In this document: positions 10,284-25,033 of the stretch, one piece after another
Layout of the letters: each line of letters opens with the position of its first letter
Numbering within the stretch: position 1 is the first letter of the stretch
Assembly (NCBI GenBank): GCA_964035545.1
Contig: OZ037767.1
Location: 13,749,801-13,813,800, forward strand
Reading direction: 5' to 3'
Length of the DNA: 64,000 bases
DNA from: Bugula neritina
Taxonomy: Eukaryota; Animalia; Bryozoa
Translations under genes and position numbers: made by a program
Notes under the pieces: generated by a model
The model's database searches: none
What the model saw: only the letters and a program-made list of their open reading frames with translations
What the model was told of the DNA's origin: nothing

Positions 10284-11883
10284 CAGGGATGTAGTGGCAA
10301 AAATATTCTAGGCCATACTCTCGATCAGGCCGGGGGTCCAGGGGGCCGCCCAGGCCCCCGGCGGGGTCTGGGGCGGTGCCCCGGCCGCCGAAGCCCTCAG
10401 GGCTCTTCTGATGCAAATGTAGTCTTACTCAACTGCAGTTAAGTTTGTTCTGACATGCACCAATAGTCCAAACTGTACAGAAAAATTGCTGAAGATCTCA
10501 CAACAGATGGAAGGATAGAGGCAGGTAGCAAGTGCTCACCAAATGCAACCTGATTATTTTATTAATAACTAATAGACTGACGTGCCCAGAAAAAGAATAA
10601 TAGATCAGAAGAGAGGCAGATTGCAAATCAGAAAATGTGTGTTGGTTATTTATAAAGAGCAATTTGAATTGATAACTCATTGGCAAGCAGAAATTGGTTA
10701 AAAACCTAATTGGAGTTTATTAGAGTATTAGTCTAAAGTCTAAACCATAAGGAGATACCACCACACCTTCTTAACACACAATAAAGCACACCCAAGAAGA
10801 GTATGTTAACTTGGTTTTAAAATAAAACCCCTGAACTTTCACCAGACACATCAAGGAAACATACCCACAATGAAAAAAATTGACAGGTTTAATATGTGTT
10901 AACCTAGAAGATGATTAAATATAAAGCCAGATGTTAGTTAGTACAATCAAACATAAACGGTTACTTATGGTGGTGTACAGTTTGCAAAACCTCATTGCAT
11001 TGATAATTAACATGCAATAACGCTGCTAGGTTTTTGAGCAAAATGTGGACATAGTACCTGTAGACCTCAGTGATAAATTTTCGTTAACCTCTCCTACACA
11101 CCTGGTACTGTTTCTTGAAGACATTTTGATTTTATTTCTGGATTTCATGTTGGTTTTTTTAAATTCCATTGCTTATTGACAAAATACAAGTCCACACAAG
11201 ATAGATAAGGGCAACCTTCTAGCTGTCACTGCCTAATTGTGCTAGAATAAAAATTTAAAAACCATGTTGTAGATCTTCCTGTTCCTCAGAGCACCTGCTT
11301 TTTCGAGTTTTCATACTTTTTTTGCAAAGTTATAGACAAAAAACTACCCATTTTGGCCAATTTTATCTGAAAAGTTTATTTTTCAAAATCTGCCAAATAT
11401 CTCAGCAGGAAAGTATGGTATTGGAATAGAACAAACACTGTCGGAAACCTGAGAAATTTATGCATAGCAAATTTTTTGATCCCTTCAATAGCCTTCATAG
11501 TTTTTCTACAAATTAGTGATTTACAGACTGAAATGAAATATTTTTCCCTTAGCAATCACCAATGCACAGCACTTCGCGCTTCAGTGAACACGTAAAGATG
11601 AGAAGATGGAATGTTGATGGCTCTTATTATTCATAGTGTAATCTCAGGCTAAACAATCACAAGTAGGCAACACGCATGCCACCCACATAGCATCAACATA
11701 ACAAGAACCTAAAACTAGATTGTGAGCGAAATTTATGATATTTTCAGTGAGGACGCCCTAACTATCCTGTGCACTAATAATCTTTCAAAAATATTATGCC
11801 CATACGGGCGTATGGCCTAGAACAGTCTATTTTCTTCTAGGCCATACGGCGTATGGGACCGTATGGGTACCACTACATCCCTG
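10284..11883. mobile_element. Non-autonomous hAT DNA transposon (1600 bp) nested in element B
   Basis: Perfect 14-bp TIRs CAGGGATGTAGTGG / CCACTACATCCCTG; perfect 8-bp TSD GTTGGGGG (10276-10283, 11884-11891); subterminal CCATAC/GTATGG repeats; no transposase ORF. Confidence 0.92.
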
Positions 11884-12082
11884 GTTGGGGGGGTAAGAGA
11901 ACAGTATAAAAGTATATACAAAAAAACAACAACTGATAAAATATACAGGTATATATAACGTGCACAATAAGTAATAAGTAAGAGAAGGTCCTATCTACAT
12001 GTAGAGTACGTGCCACCATTACGGTAGGGAATGCCACAGAGAGGTAGTGGAAGAGTAGTATGGAATTGTAGGTAGACTCAAG

Positions 12083-13158
12083 TTAACTGCGGGCCGCACG
12101 CTTCATGCGTTTAATAGACTCCTGTAAATATTTGAGTTCACTGGATGCAGCCTGCACCCGTGGGGCCAGTCTGTACACTTCTTGCTCTAAGTCGTGTGCC
12201 CTAGCTTCTACTTCACGTAGGTTGCGGGCCCAGGGGGACGAGCGAGAGGAAGTCGGCTGTCTGTGTCTTTTCCGCTCTGAGGATGGAAGGGGAGGAGGGA
12301 GTGTATACGCATTTGTGTCTACCCTCTGTAGTACGACACGAGGAAAGGTATGCGGCATGCGTAGAGGACTGTGAGGTGGAGAGTTAGTAGACTGTGTAGG
12401 TTTATCTGCGGCTCCAGAGATGATGGGTCGCGGGGAAGGGAAGCCTTGCTCCAGGCGAGATAGCCGAGCTGAGTCAGTGATGAGTGGTTTGATGGCGTTG
12501 AGAAAGGCAGGATAGGATGATTCGTCTACTTCATAGACATGCCCTTGATAACACTGCATAGTACGTTGGTGCCGCAATAGGTAATCACGATTGTAGCTAT
12601 ATTCTCCGCAAGGGCAGAAAGTGGTGATGTAGTGCTGCGGCAAGTGTACTTTTAGTCTGCGGTGGGTTGTGAATCGCTGCTGGCAGAGGTTGCATTCACG
12701 GTTACTCTCACCTCCTTGATGGGTCCTAATCTCTCTCTCTCTGTGGCAGGGGTAATCCAGTTGGAGGTTGCTTCCAACTGGGGTGGCAGTTGCCTGGTTG
12801 TAGAAGTTGTTGGGGCCGGCTCTGGGTCCCACGCCATCTCTAGGGAAGGCATGCCCGGAGAGACGGGCGCGAGTGTGTCTACAAAAGTAGAATTATTGTT
12901 AGATCGCGGTGGATCTTTACAACATAATTCTAGTGACTGTCGACCGTTGCTAGCCTGAGAGTCACAGCTTTTGGAATGCACTCGAGGAACTGATGAATCA
13001 TGTGTGGACTGACCAAGAACAGTGTCTAGCTCCAGGTCTAACAGACCGTCGGCCATTACAGTGTCTTCATCGTCATTCACATGAAACGTGGTTCCCAGTA
13101 ATTCTGATTCAATCTGCTGAATTAGTTCAGAATTTACTGGCATCGAGCCCGTTTCCAT
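12083..13158 (-). CDS. Accessory ORF3 of element B, split into overlapping ORFs 13158-12652 and 12832-12083: acidic N-terminus, C2H2-type zinc fingers, C-terminal coiled coil
   Basis: ATG 18 nt after the pol stop; CNLCQQRFTTHRRLKVHLPQH and CPCGEYSYNRDYLLRHQRTMQC; LREVEARAHDLEQEVYRL...LKYLQESIKRMK; no signal peptide or TM segment visible. Confidence 0.7.
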
Positions 13159-13175
13159 GAATAGGAATACAAGAC

Positions 13176-15866
13176 TTATACTGGCTTACCTGGGAACTCG
13201 GTATTAATGTCCATACTCAACGTTCTTGGTAAGGTTGGAGCTGGTTGTGAGATACGTCTGCCTTTGGCGATGTCAGCATAAGAAAAGGCTGAGCATCGTT
13301 TCTGAGGCACGAGGTCGGAACTATTTGCTTTACGCGCATTAATTCCTCCCACTATTCCGCCCTCGCAAAAGTTGATATTTGCGTGGGGTTCACAACTCCA
13401 ACATGTTATCGTACGGTTTTCCCCTAGACTTTCATGTGCGCCGCTTCTAACGCAGTCACATACGAAGTCTTTTAAATATGATGGGGGTTTCCTCGTACGC
13501 TGTCCCCTTTCTAGGGGGGGTGACACGCTTGCCGGTTCGTTAGTAGGGGCCTCTAATGGCGTCTCTACTTCACCGTTAGCGGTCACCTCTTCTTGTTCTC
13601 CGGATGGAGCCCCTCCCTCCGTGGGGGTTTGCACTTCCGGAACCGGCTCGGTTTCTGGAAGTGATGGAATTAGACTCGGCGGTGGCGGACACGCTTCTGT
13701 TGGCAAAAGCTGCCGCTCCTCTCTCACCAAGTGTTCTTCCCGCGGTATGACCACTTCGTATTCAGGTCCATGCCGCCGTCGCCCGCGCGTCGTTGTCTGC
13801 CTCCTGGGCTCTAACAACGGGGGGGCTTCTCCCACTCCGTCGGGGCTAGCCCAATACGGTTTCAAGCGAGACTCATTCTGGATAGACACCTGTCCTGAGC
13901 GCTCAATCTTGTACGTATGATTGGGCATAGCCTCGACGACCACGTAGGGCCCTACGAACTTAGGCTTCAGTTTATCAGCCTGTCCGCGACGCCTACGGTA
14001 ATTGACCATCCACACCTTATCTCCCGTTTGATAGAGAGGTGGTTCATCGGAATCTTCGTGCCGCACCTTCCACTGCTGTTGACGCAGTATATCGTGTGCG
14101 GCCTTCATCCGTTCCACTAGTTCACTGGCATACTCGTGAACCGAGTTGTCTTGCTCTGGAACGTGATAGGTGAGATGGTCAGGGACACGAGTCTCTCTCC
14201 CGAGCATCAAGAGGTTTGGGGTCTCACCAGTACTGGTGTGTGGGGTGCTACGGTATGCACGCATGACTTGCGGCAATACCGTATCCCACTCCTCTTGACC
14301 TCGTCCAAGGAGGAAACTCCGGAGTGCATCACCTAGCATCCGGTTGTTGCGCTCCACCACCCCGTTACCTTGAGGGTGGTAGGGGGTGGTCCTGCTCTGA
14401 TTTACTCCCCAGAGGTGGCAAAGGTCGCTCATCAGTTGAGACTGGAATTGAGCGCCTTGATCAGAGTGTATCTGTTCGGGAAGCCCAAAATAACAGAATA
14501 CATGTTGGTCTAGCGCCCTGGCCACTGTTGGGGCTGATGCATCTGGGATAGCCAGAGCATCCGCCCACCTAGTAAAGTGGTCGGTTAGTACTAGTATCCA
14601 ATTATTGCCTCTGGGGGTCAGGGGCATGGGTCCGACCGGGTCTACAGCGACTACTTGCCAGGGCCTACCAGCATATAGCCTCCGCCGTCCTGCTTCACCA
14701 GGGGGGCGGCTATGCTTACTGGCCTGGCAGATCTCACACTGTTTGACTCTGAGCCGGACGTCACGCTCCATCTGCGGCCAATACCACCGGAGTCGTAATT
14801 TGGATATCACTCTCTTGACCCCTGCGTGGGCCTGTTTGTGAGTATCCCAAATCAACTCACGGCGGATGGCCGTGGGGCAGACTACCCTCTTCCTTTCCGG
14901 GTGTCTGCCGCTGGCAGCTAGAGAGATGGTTAGCAACCCATCCTGCCCGATCCGCAGCGAGTCCCAACGCTGACAGTATAGCCGGAACTCGGCGCATCCC
15001 TGTCGTATGCGTTCCTCGCTGGGTCGTCGCCCTTCCCTTTTGGCCCGGTATATGTCTGCCACGACTCCAGGCAGCTCTTCTTGGAGCTTCTTCAGCTCTC
15101 GAACATTACCGGCCAATACAGGGTTGGCGCGGAGGTTTTGTACATCCTCCGGGGACTCATCAACTCTTTGTCTGAGTTGACCTTGGTCCCAGTCAAACGG
15201 TGCTCCGTGATGAGCCAGCGTCTCCAACTCGCATCGCGGGGGACCTCCATCCCTCCTCTCGATGTTGAGACACTGTTTGCAACCTCCGTCAGGTCGGCGA
15301 CTCAACCCATCCGCATTGCTGTGTCTCTTGCCCGGTCGATGTTCGATCCGGTATGAGAATTCAGCTAGGATTTCGAGCCACCGGGCGACCTGACTAGAGG
15401 GCTCTGCTCTCTTGCACAACCAGATCAGCGAGGCATGATCCGTACGCAGCCGGAACTTCCTGCCGTATAGGTATGGTCTGAAGTGCTTCACTGACTTGAT
15501 TACCGCCAGCAGCTCCTTGCGGGTAGTGCAGTAATTTCGTTCAGCGGGTGAGAGAGACTTGCTGTAGTAGGCTACTACTACCTCTCGGCCTTCCTGCACT
15601 TGTGACAGCACAGCGCCAACATTTTGGTCACTGGCGTCTGTGTCGAGGATGTACTCCAGAGTGGGGTCTGGGTAGGCCAAGATGGGTGCCGTTAGTAGGC
15701 AGCCCTTGAGGCGGTCGAACGCTTCTTGTTCGACTGTGGTCCACTGCCACGTCACTCCCTTTGCGGTGAGCCGGTTTAACGGCTGGGCTATGCCCGCAAA
15801 GTCTGGTATGTATTGCCTGTAATACCCTACCAGCCCCAAGAAAGCCCGGAGTCCGGTCAAGTCTTG
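13176..15866 (-). CDS. pol: Pol part 2: RT connection, RNase H and integrase with GPY/F module
   Basis: LRAFLGLVGYYR; DTDASD, KELLAV, RTDH, NADGLSR (RNase H); H..AH...CEIC zinc motif; D,D(35)E as VAVD, HSDQG, VVERNN; KFVGPY; basic tail RGQRTRKPPSYLKDF. Confidence 0.95.
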   Translation of the reverse strand, partial: QDLTGLRAFLGLVGYYRQYIPDFAGIAQPLNRLTAKGVTWQWTTVEQEAFDRLKGCLLTAPILAYPDPTLEYILDTDASDQNVGAVLSQVQEGREVVVAYYSKSLSPAERNYCTTRKELLAVIKSVKHFRPYLYGRKFRLRTDHASLIWLCKRAEPSSQVARWLEILAEFSYRIEHRPGKRHSNADGLSRRPDGGCKQCLNIERRDGGPPRCELETLAHHGAPFDWDQGQLRQRVDESPEDVQNLRANPVLAGNVRELKKLQEELPGVVADIYRAKREGRRPSEERIRQGCAEFRLYCQRWDSLRIGQDGLLTISLAASGRHPERKRVVCPTAIRRELIWDTHKQAHAGVKRVISKLRLRWYWPQMERDVRLRVKQCEICQASKHSRPPGEAGRRRLYAGRPWQVVAVDPVGPMPLTPRGNNWILVLTDHFTRWADALAIPDASAPTVARALDQHVFCYFGLPEQIHSDQGAQFQSQLMSDLCHLWGVNQSRTTPYHPQGNGVVERNNRMLGDALRSFLLGRGQEEWDTVLPQVMRAYRSTPHTSTGETPNLLMLGRETRVPDHLTYHVPEQDNSVHEYASELVERMKAAHDILRQQQWKVRHEDSDEPPLYQTGDKVWMVNYRRRRGQADKLKPKFVGPYVVVEAMPNHTYKIERSGQVSIQNESRLKPYWASPDGVGEAPPLLEPRRQTTTRGRRRHGPEYEVVIPREEHLVREERQLLPTEACPPPPSLIPSLPETEPVPEVQTPTEGGAPSGEQEEVTANGEVETPLEAPTNEPASVSPPLERGQRTRKPPSYLKDFVCDCVRSGAHESLGENRTITCWSCEPHANINFCEGGIVGGINARKANSSDLVPQKRCSAFSYADIAKGRRISQPAPTLPRTLSMDINTEFPGKPV

Positions 15867-17464
15867 GGGGTGACCCAGTCTTCTACCGCCCGTACCTTTT
15901 CGGGATCCGTTGCCACGCCGTTTCGACCGACAACGTGCCCCAGGTACTTGACCTCCGGCTGCAATAGAGCGCACTTGGAAGGTTTGAGCTTGAGACCGGC
16001 ACCTCGGAGTCTCTCGAAAACCTCCTGCAGACGACTGACATGTGTCTCGAAGTCTGGAGAGATTACGATGACATCATCGAGGTAGACCAGCAGTGTCTTC
16101 CAATGGAGTCCGCTAAGGACTTGTTCCATCAGCCTCTGGAAGGTGGCCGGGGCGGAGGTTAACCCGAAGGGCAGCACCTTCCACTTCCACAAACCGTCCC
16201 GTGTGATAAACGCCGCTTTCTCTTGGGCGTCGGGACTCAGAGGAACTTGCCAATAGCCGCTTAGCAAGTCTAACGTACTGAAGTACTTGCTGCCGGCTAG
16301 GGCGTCCAATGACTCGTCAATACGAGGTAGAGGGTAGGCGTCCTGTATGGTTACGCTATTGAGTTTGCGGTAGTCCACACAGAACCGCCAACTGCCGTCT
16401 TTCTTCCGGACCAGTACGACTGGCGAGCTCCACGCACTATGGGCGGGCTCTATCAGTCCCCGGTCCAGAAGATCCCGTACTTGTCGGCTAACCTCCTTCT
16501 CTTTCTCCGGCCCCAGCCTGCGCGTGGGCTGCCGGACAGGGACTGTCCCTGCAGTCAGCGGTATTTCGTGTCTGACAATTCCAGTCAGTCCCACGTCATG
16601 CTCTCCGCTGCTGAACACATCACCGTAGTCGCGTAGTAACTTAGCCATAGCTTGGCGTTCTCTGTTACTCGCGCAGCCGCCACTGGCTGTTTCGTATAAC
16701 TCCCGGAGATGTGTTGGGACTGCCCCTCGTCCCTGAATAGGGTGTCGAGGGGGTGCCTCCGTCGCGTCACCCAGCGACGGGCCCACGTCCTCTTCCTGGA
16801 CGGAATGGAACCGGCCCAGCATTGACCCAGCTGGGAGCTCAATGGGCTCGGTAAAGGGGTTGACACACTGCACTAAGACCTCCCCTCGCTCAGTTAGTCG
16901 GTTTAAACTACTGGCGAGTTGGATCCTTTCGTGCGCGCCTTCAACGACCCCGAGCCTGGCTATCCGGTTGCTGTTCACTCGGCAGTGGATAGTAGCTCTG
17001 GAGCGTCCGGGTACGGTGCAGTTTCGAACTACCTGAACACCGCCCACCAGAGGACGCCCAAACTTATCCACACAGGCGAGTTCTCGCCCGCCCATCAGCA
17101 CCACCGACTTACTAAAGTCTATTCGGCACTGGTGCTGCTTCAAGAAGGGCATTCCGAGGATAGCATCTTCCTCCAGTTGACCTATGATAAAGGTCTCCTG
17201 TACAGCCTGATCTCGGACACGCCCAGGGAGCTCGATAATACCATAAAAGGGGATACATGACCCGTCTGCCAGGGTGCCATGTTCCCCCGTATACAGTCGT
17301 ACTCTATCCCTGTCCCGGCGGGGCAGTGCCTCAAAGACTCTACGACTGAGAAGGTTGGTAGTACAACCGGAGTCGAGCAGGAAAGTGACGGCGTTGCCGG
17401 CCACCTTTCCGGGTAGGAAATAGCTCTCTCCATGTGGTTGTACTTTCACCCCCCCCCCCCGCAT
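15857..17464 (-). CDS. pol: Pol part 1: aspartic protease and reverse transcriptase (frameshifted at both ends)
   Basis: LLDSG protease motif; WSSPVVLVRKKDGSWRFCVDYRKLN; FSTLDLLSGYWQ; LPFGLTSAPATFQ; YLDD. Confidence 0.95.
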   Translation of the reverse strand: MRGGGVKVQPHGESYFLPGKVAGNAVTFLLDSGCTTNLLSRRVFEALPRRDRDRVRLYTGEHGTLADGSCIPFYGIIELPGRVRDQAVQETFIIGQLEEDAILGMPFLKQHQCRIDFSKSVVLMGGRELACVDKFGRPLVGGVQVVRNCTVPGRSRATIHCRVNSNRIARLGVVEGAHERIQLASSLNRLTERGEVLVQCVNPFTEPIELPAGSMLGRFHSVQEEDVGPSLGDATEAPPRHPIQGRGAVPTHLRELYETASGGCASNRERQAMAKLLRDYGDVFSSGEHDVGLTGIVRHEIPLTAGTVPVRQPTRRLGPEKEKEVSRQVRDLLDRGLIEPAHSAWSSPVVLVRKKDGSWRFCVDYRKLNSVTIQDAYPLPRIDESLDALAGSKYFSTLDLLSGYWQVPLSPDAQEKAAFITRDGLWKWKVLPFGLTSAPATFQRLMEQVLSGLHWKTLLVYLDDVIVISPDFETHVSRLQEVFERLRGAGLKLKPSKCALLQPEVKYLGHVVGRNGVATDPEKVRAVEDWVTPKT

Positions 17465-17752
17465 GTGCTGTCCCGGTTTGACAGGACGGCGGGGGTTTCA
17501 CCCGTGGTTCACGGGGCTTCCGGCGGCGAGGTTGGTGCCGGCGGGGTTTGGGCCTCTCCACTGGGCCTTCTGGCTCCATTTCAGTGGCGGGCTCCTCTTC
17601 CCGAGGTAACCGGTAAAACCGGTTAGCGAGTGGCAGGGAGAAGGTACTTGGCCGTTGTGCGGGCCTACTAGTCCTGCGTGGTACCTGCCACTCGGGTGGA
17701 GTGTTCCGTCGTGTCCGTACGGACAGACGACGGCGTGTTCCACCATACTCCT

Positions 17753-18619
17753 TCAGTTGCGGCCCGCGGGGAGGGAGAGTGTCCGCGGGCCGTGACAGTT
17801 TAACGCCCCCTGGTATTGGGGTCGTCTTTTCTGTCCCTGGTCCTGATCAGCGCTACTCCAGCCCTGCCCCACAGGCGTTGGGGGCACCCGCAGGGCCTGA
17901 CCGGGGCCAGCACCGGCCAGAATGGTTACCAGTTGTCCCAGCATCTCTACCATACGGTCCACTTCGGCTTCCAGCGGGAGGGCTTCGGGACCTGTCGTAG
18001 CCCTGGCAGCGCTGACTCCAACTACTGGTGGGTTCCTTTGTGCTCGATGCATTTGGGTAGCCAACAGGTAAGCTTCTCCAGCCTTCAGGGCATCCTCTAT
18101 TCTGGTTATCCCTTTAGCTCGTAGGTGATGGTCTAGGCCCAGGTCGTTTAGTGACTGGACAAAGGCGTCATAGGTGTAACGCTCTTGGTGTTGTGCTGGC
18201 AGATCGCTATATGCAATCTGCGCCAGCTTCTTCACCGTCGCGGCATGTTCTTGCAGCGAGGTCCGCGGGGTGCGGCACAATCTCTCTAGCTTGGTCCTAG
18301 CGTCTATTACGGAGATGCCAAAACGGGCCCGCAGCGCAGCCAGTATTCCGTCTACGTCCGTTCCCACTCCGTACGGCTTGGCTTGCTCCGTCACCGCTCT
18401 CCGCAATTGAATAAGGGCCACTCTATGCGGCCATTGAGCAACCTCCATTACCTCTCTAAATTCTTGTATAAATTGTTCGACATCTTCCGACCCAGTAAAG
18501 GTGGGAGCTTTCAAGCAATGTCTATAAGCTTCTTCTCCCTCACGATTCACAGGATTAACAGCATTTCTACGCTCACCTTCTACTGGGGGTGGTTGCATTC
18601 TAGTATTTTCAGTCTCCAT
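17753..18619 (-). CDS. gag: Gag of element B (288 aa, no zinc knuckle)
   Basis: KAPTFTGSEDVEQFIQEF...W capsid N-terminal motif; L.ARFG; SLQEHAATVKKLAQIAY; first ORF after the PBS. Confidence 0.88.
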   Translation of the reverse strand: METENTRMQPPPVEGERRNAVNPVNREGEEAYRHCLKAPTFTGSEDVEQFIQEFREVMEVAQWPHRVALIQLRRAVTEQAKPYGVGTDVDGILAALRARFGISVIDARTKLERLCRTPRTSLQEHAATVKKLAQIAYSDLPAQHQERYTYDAFVQSLNDLGLDHHLRAKGITRIEDALKAGEAYLLATQMHRAQRNPPVVGVSAARATTGPEALPLEAEVDRMVEMLGQLVTILAGAGPGQALRVPPTPVGQGWSSADQDQGQKRRPQYQGALNCHGPRTLSLPAGRN

Positions 18620-18633
18620 CTTTGATATACACT

Positions 18634-18651
18634 ATCCCACCGCTGCCACCA
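18634..18651 (-). promoter_or_regulatory. Primer-binding site, tRNA-Leu type
   Basis: TGGTGGCAGCGGTGGGAT, 1 nt from the 5' LTR, complementary to the tRNA-Leu 3' end ATCCCACCGCTGCCACCA. Confidence 0.9.
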
Positions 18652-18652
18652 C

Positions 18653-18958
18653 TGTTATGTTTTTCAGATTTAGGGTTGATGTGTCACCAAGAGAGTCTAT
18701 TTATCACTAGAGAAACTTCACCGAGTTAAGTCGAGTAGATATCGTTATATTTTAATACAAGAATACATAATAAAATCTAATGTACAACAGTAATGATACG
18801 CACGTCTATTTAATTTACAGCACTATCCTCAACTGAGCTAGTAGCGCGAAGCTGCTACTATTACTCATAAAACAGCCTAGCTAATTGGCTAATACATTGT
18901 TCCGGGTCAATACGCAACCTTGCGTATTGTGTTGCTGGTAGCTCCACGAGCCACCACA
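18653..18958 (-). repeat. 5' LTR of element B
   Basis: TGTGGTGG...AACA on the minus strand; copy at 9903-10208. Confidence 0.97.
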
Positions 18959-20445
18959 ATATAGCTAAATATTTTAGTTCAAGGTGACCACGGCCGTATT
19001 TTATTTTTAAATTACCGAGAGCTCACAACTCCGTCATCAGTTCGTATGTATTATTGGCCAATCATGCAATGAACCTGTGTGCATAAATCAATACTAATGC
19101 CACAAATCTTATTTTCTTTCTTCTAAAGTGCACACATATTCAACTCGACCGCTGTGTATTTCAGCCACTAATAATTATAAATTATACATGGCTACCCGTT
19201 CAGAAACACAGCAGTCTAGGTGAGAATATATTATACAACTTGTATACATAATTATTAATTTTACATCTTTACTCATGAATTATATAGGCTATAGCATTAT
19301 ATAGCTCAGTCATAAAAGAAAATGATATGCAACATTGGTGATACAACATTTTTAATGTTTATTTATAAACAGGATGAAGACCCTTACCTCATATGCAGAT
19401 CAAGGTAGCAGACAAGCTAGGCTATATGGAGGACAATGATAGACAATAACTCAGTGGGTTTAGGTAACAAAACATGCAGTTCATTGAAGGTTTTATGGCT
19501 ACTAATGATTATCCATCAACTTAATAACACATAGAGAAAGCATGTCTGCACCACCCATTTTTGATCTATGTAAATGAGTACGTGGGTGTGTGTGTAGTAA
19601 TTGTGCTTTATGGTTTCCTAAAAAAGTTGTGCTTATTGTATGGTAAATGAAAAGTTAAAATCTGTTTATTATCTAATTAACATCCCGCCTTAAAAACTAA
19701 ATGCAGAGAAATAAAGCATGTTTAAAAAATAACAATATTTTCCATATAGTATAAATGGTATAACTGGTATAAATTGGTATAACTTATGGGTAGAGGGTAG
19801 AGAACATCTTGCCCTCATAGACCGGCAATACAACTCTATCAAATAATCAATTACTCTTAATAAAACATACAAAGTTATGTAATTAAAACATAAATAATCA
19901 GCACAGAGAAGTGCAGAAGCCATGCATGCACATGAAATGTGTAAAAATCATATCCTGATATTCTATATAACATCTTATATAATATTCCATCCAGTACTTC
20001 ATAAAATACTTCAAATTAATTCTTGAGCAGTCCAAACACTTGACTTCTTCTAAAAGTTTGCAGTCCTGAATATCGTCCCAGCCCATAAAGTTAAGTAAGA
20101 TCTTCAAATTTGAGTTGCAGACAATATTGTATGATAGAGGAAATACAACCTAGTCAATGAGTCAGTTGATCTCGTAGCACCTTTTTCAGTCTTAAATTCA
20201 GTGAAGTACGGTTGAACACAATTTCTCAAATAACAAATACCCAGTAAATGAGTATCTGTTATCATGTCCATTTTTTCATATTTCCCAAAGATAAATACAG
20301 CGTTAAATACTGCGCCATAAAGACACATATGCGTATGGTATACACAGCATTGCGTCGACACCACAATAAAATATACATATTGATAACTAAGCCATGATGA
20401 TTATATGATTCCCAACAGCAGTATGGAGAGATTCAGCCTTGGCCT

Positions 20446-25033
<4,588 letters not shown>

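Larger units (their letters stand above)
9903..18958 (-). mobile_element. Element B: full-length Ty3/Gypsy LTR retrotransposon with an extra ORF and a nested hAT
   Basis: 306-bp LTRs at 9903-10208 and 18653-18958, identical by eye; 4-bp TSD ATAT (9899-9902, 18959-18962); PBS and PPT present; gag then PR-RT-RH-IN domain order. Confidence 0.97.

Noticed and set aside
12083-13158. ORF3 of element B (or ORF2 of element A) as an envelope gene
   Set aside because: No signal peptide, fusion peptide or transmembrane segment visible.
13372-18124. Plus-strand ORFs antisense to the Gypsy gag/pol
   Set aside because: Expected shadow ORFs of GC-rich coding sequence, with no recognisable motifs.
4717-18958. 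Element B as the autonomous helper of element A
   Set aside because: No LTR similarity, different primer tRNA and different TSD length (4 vs 5 bp), so a different integrase is implied.
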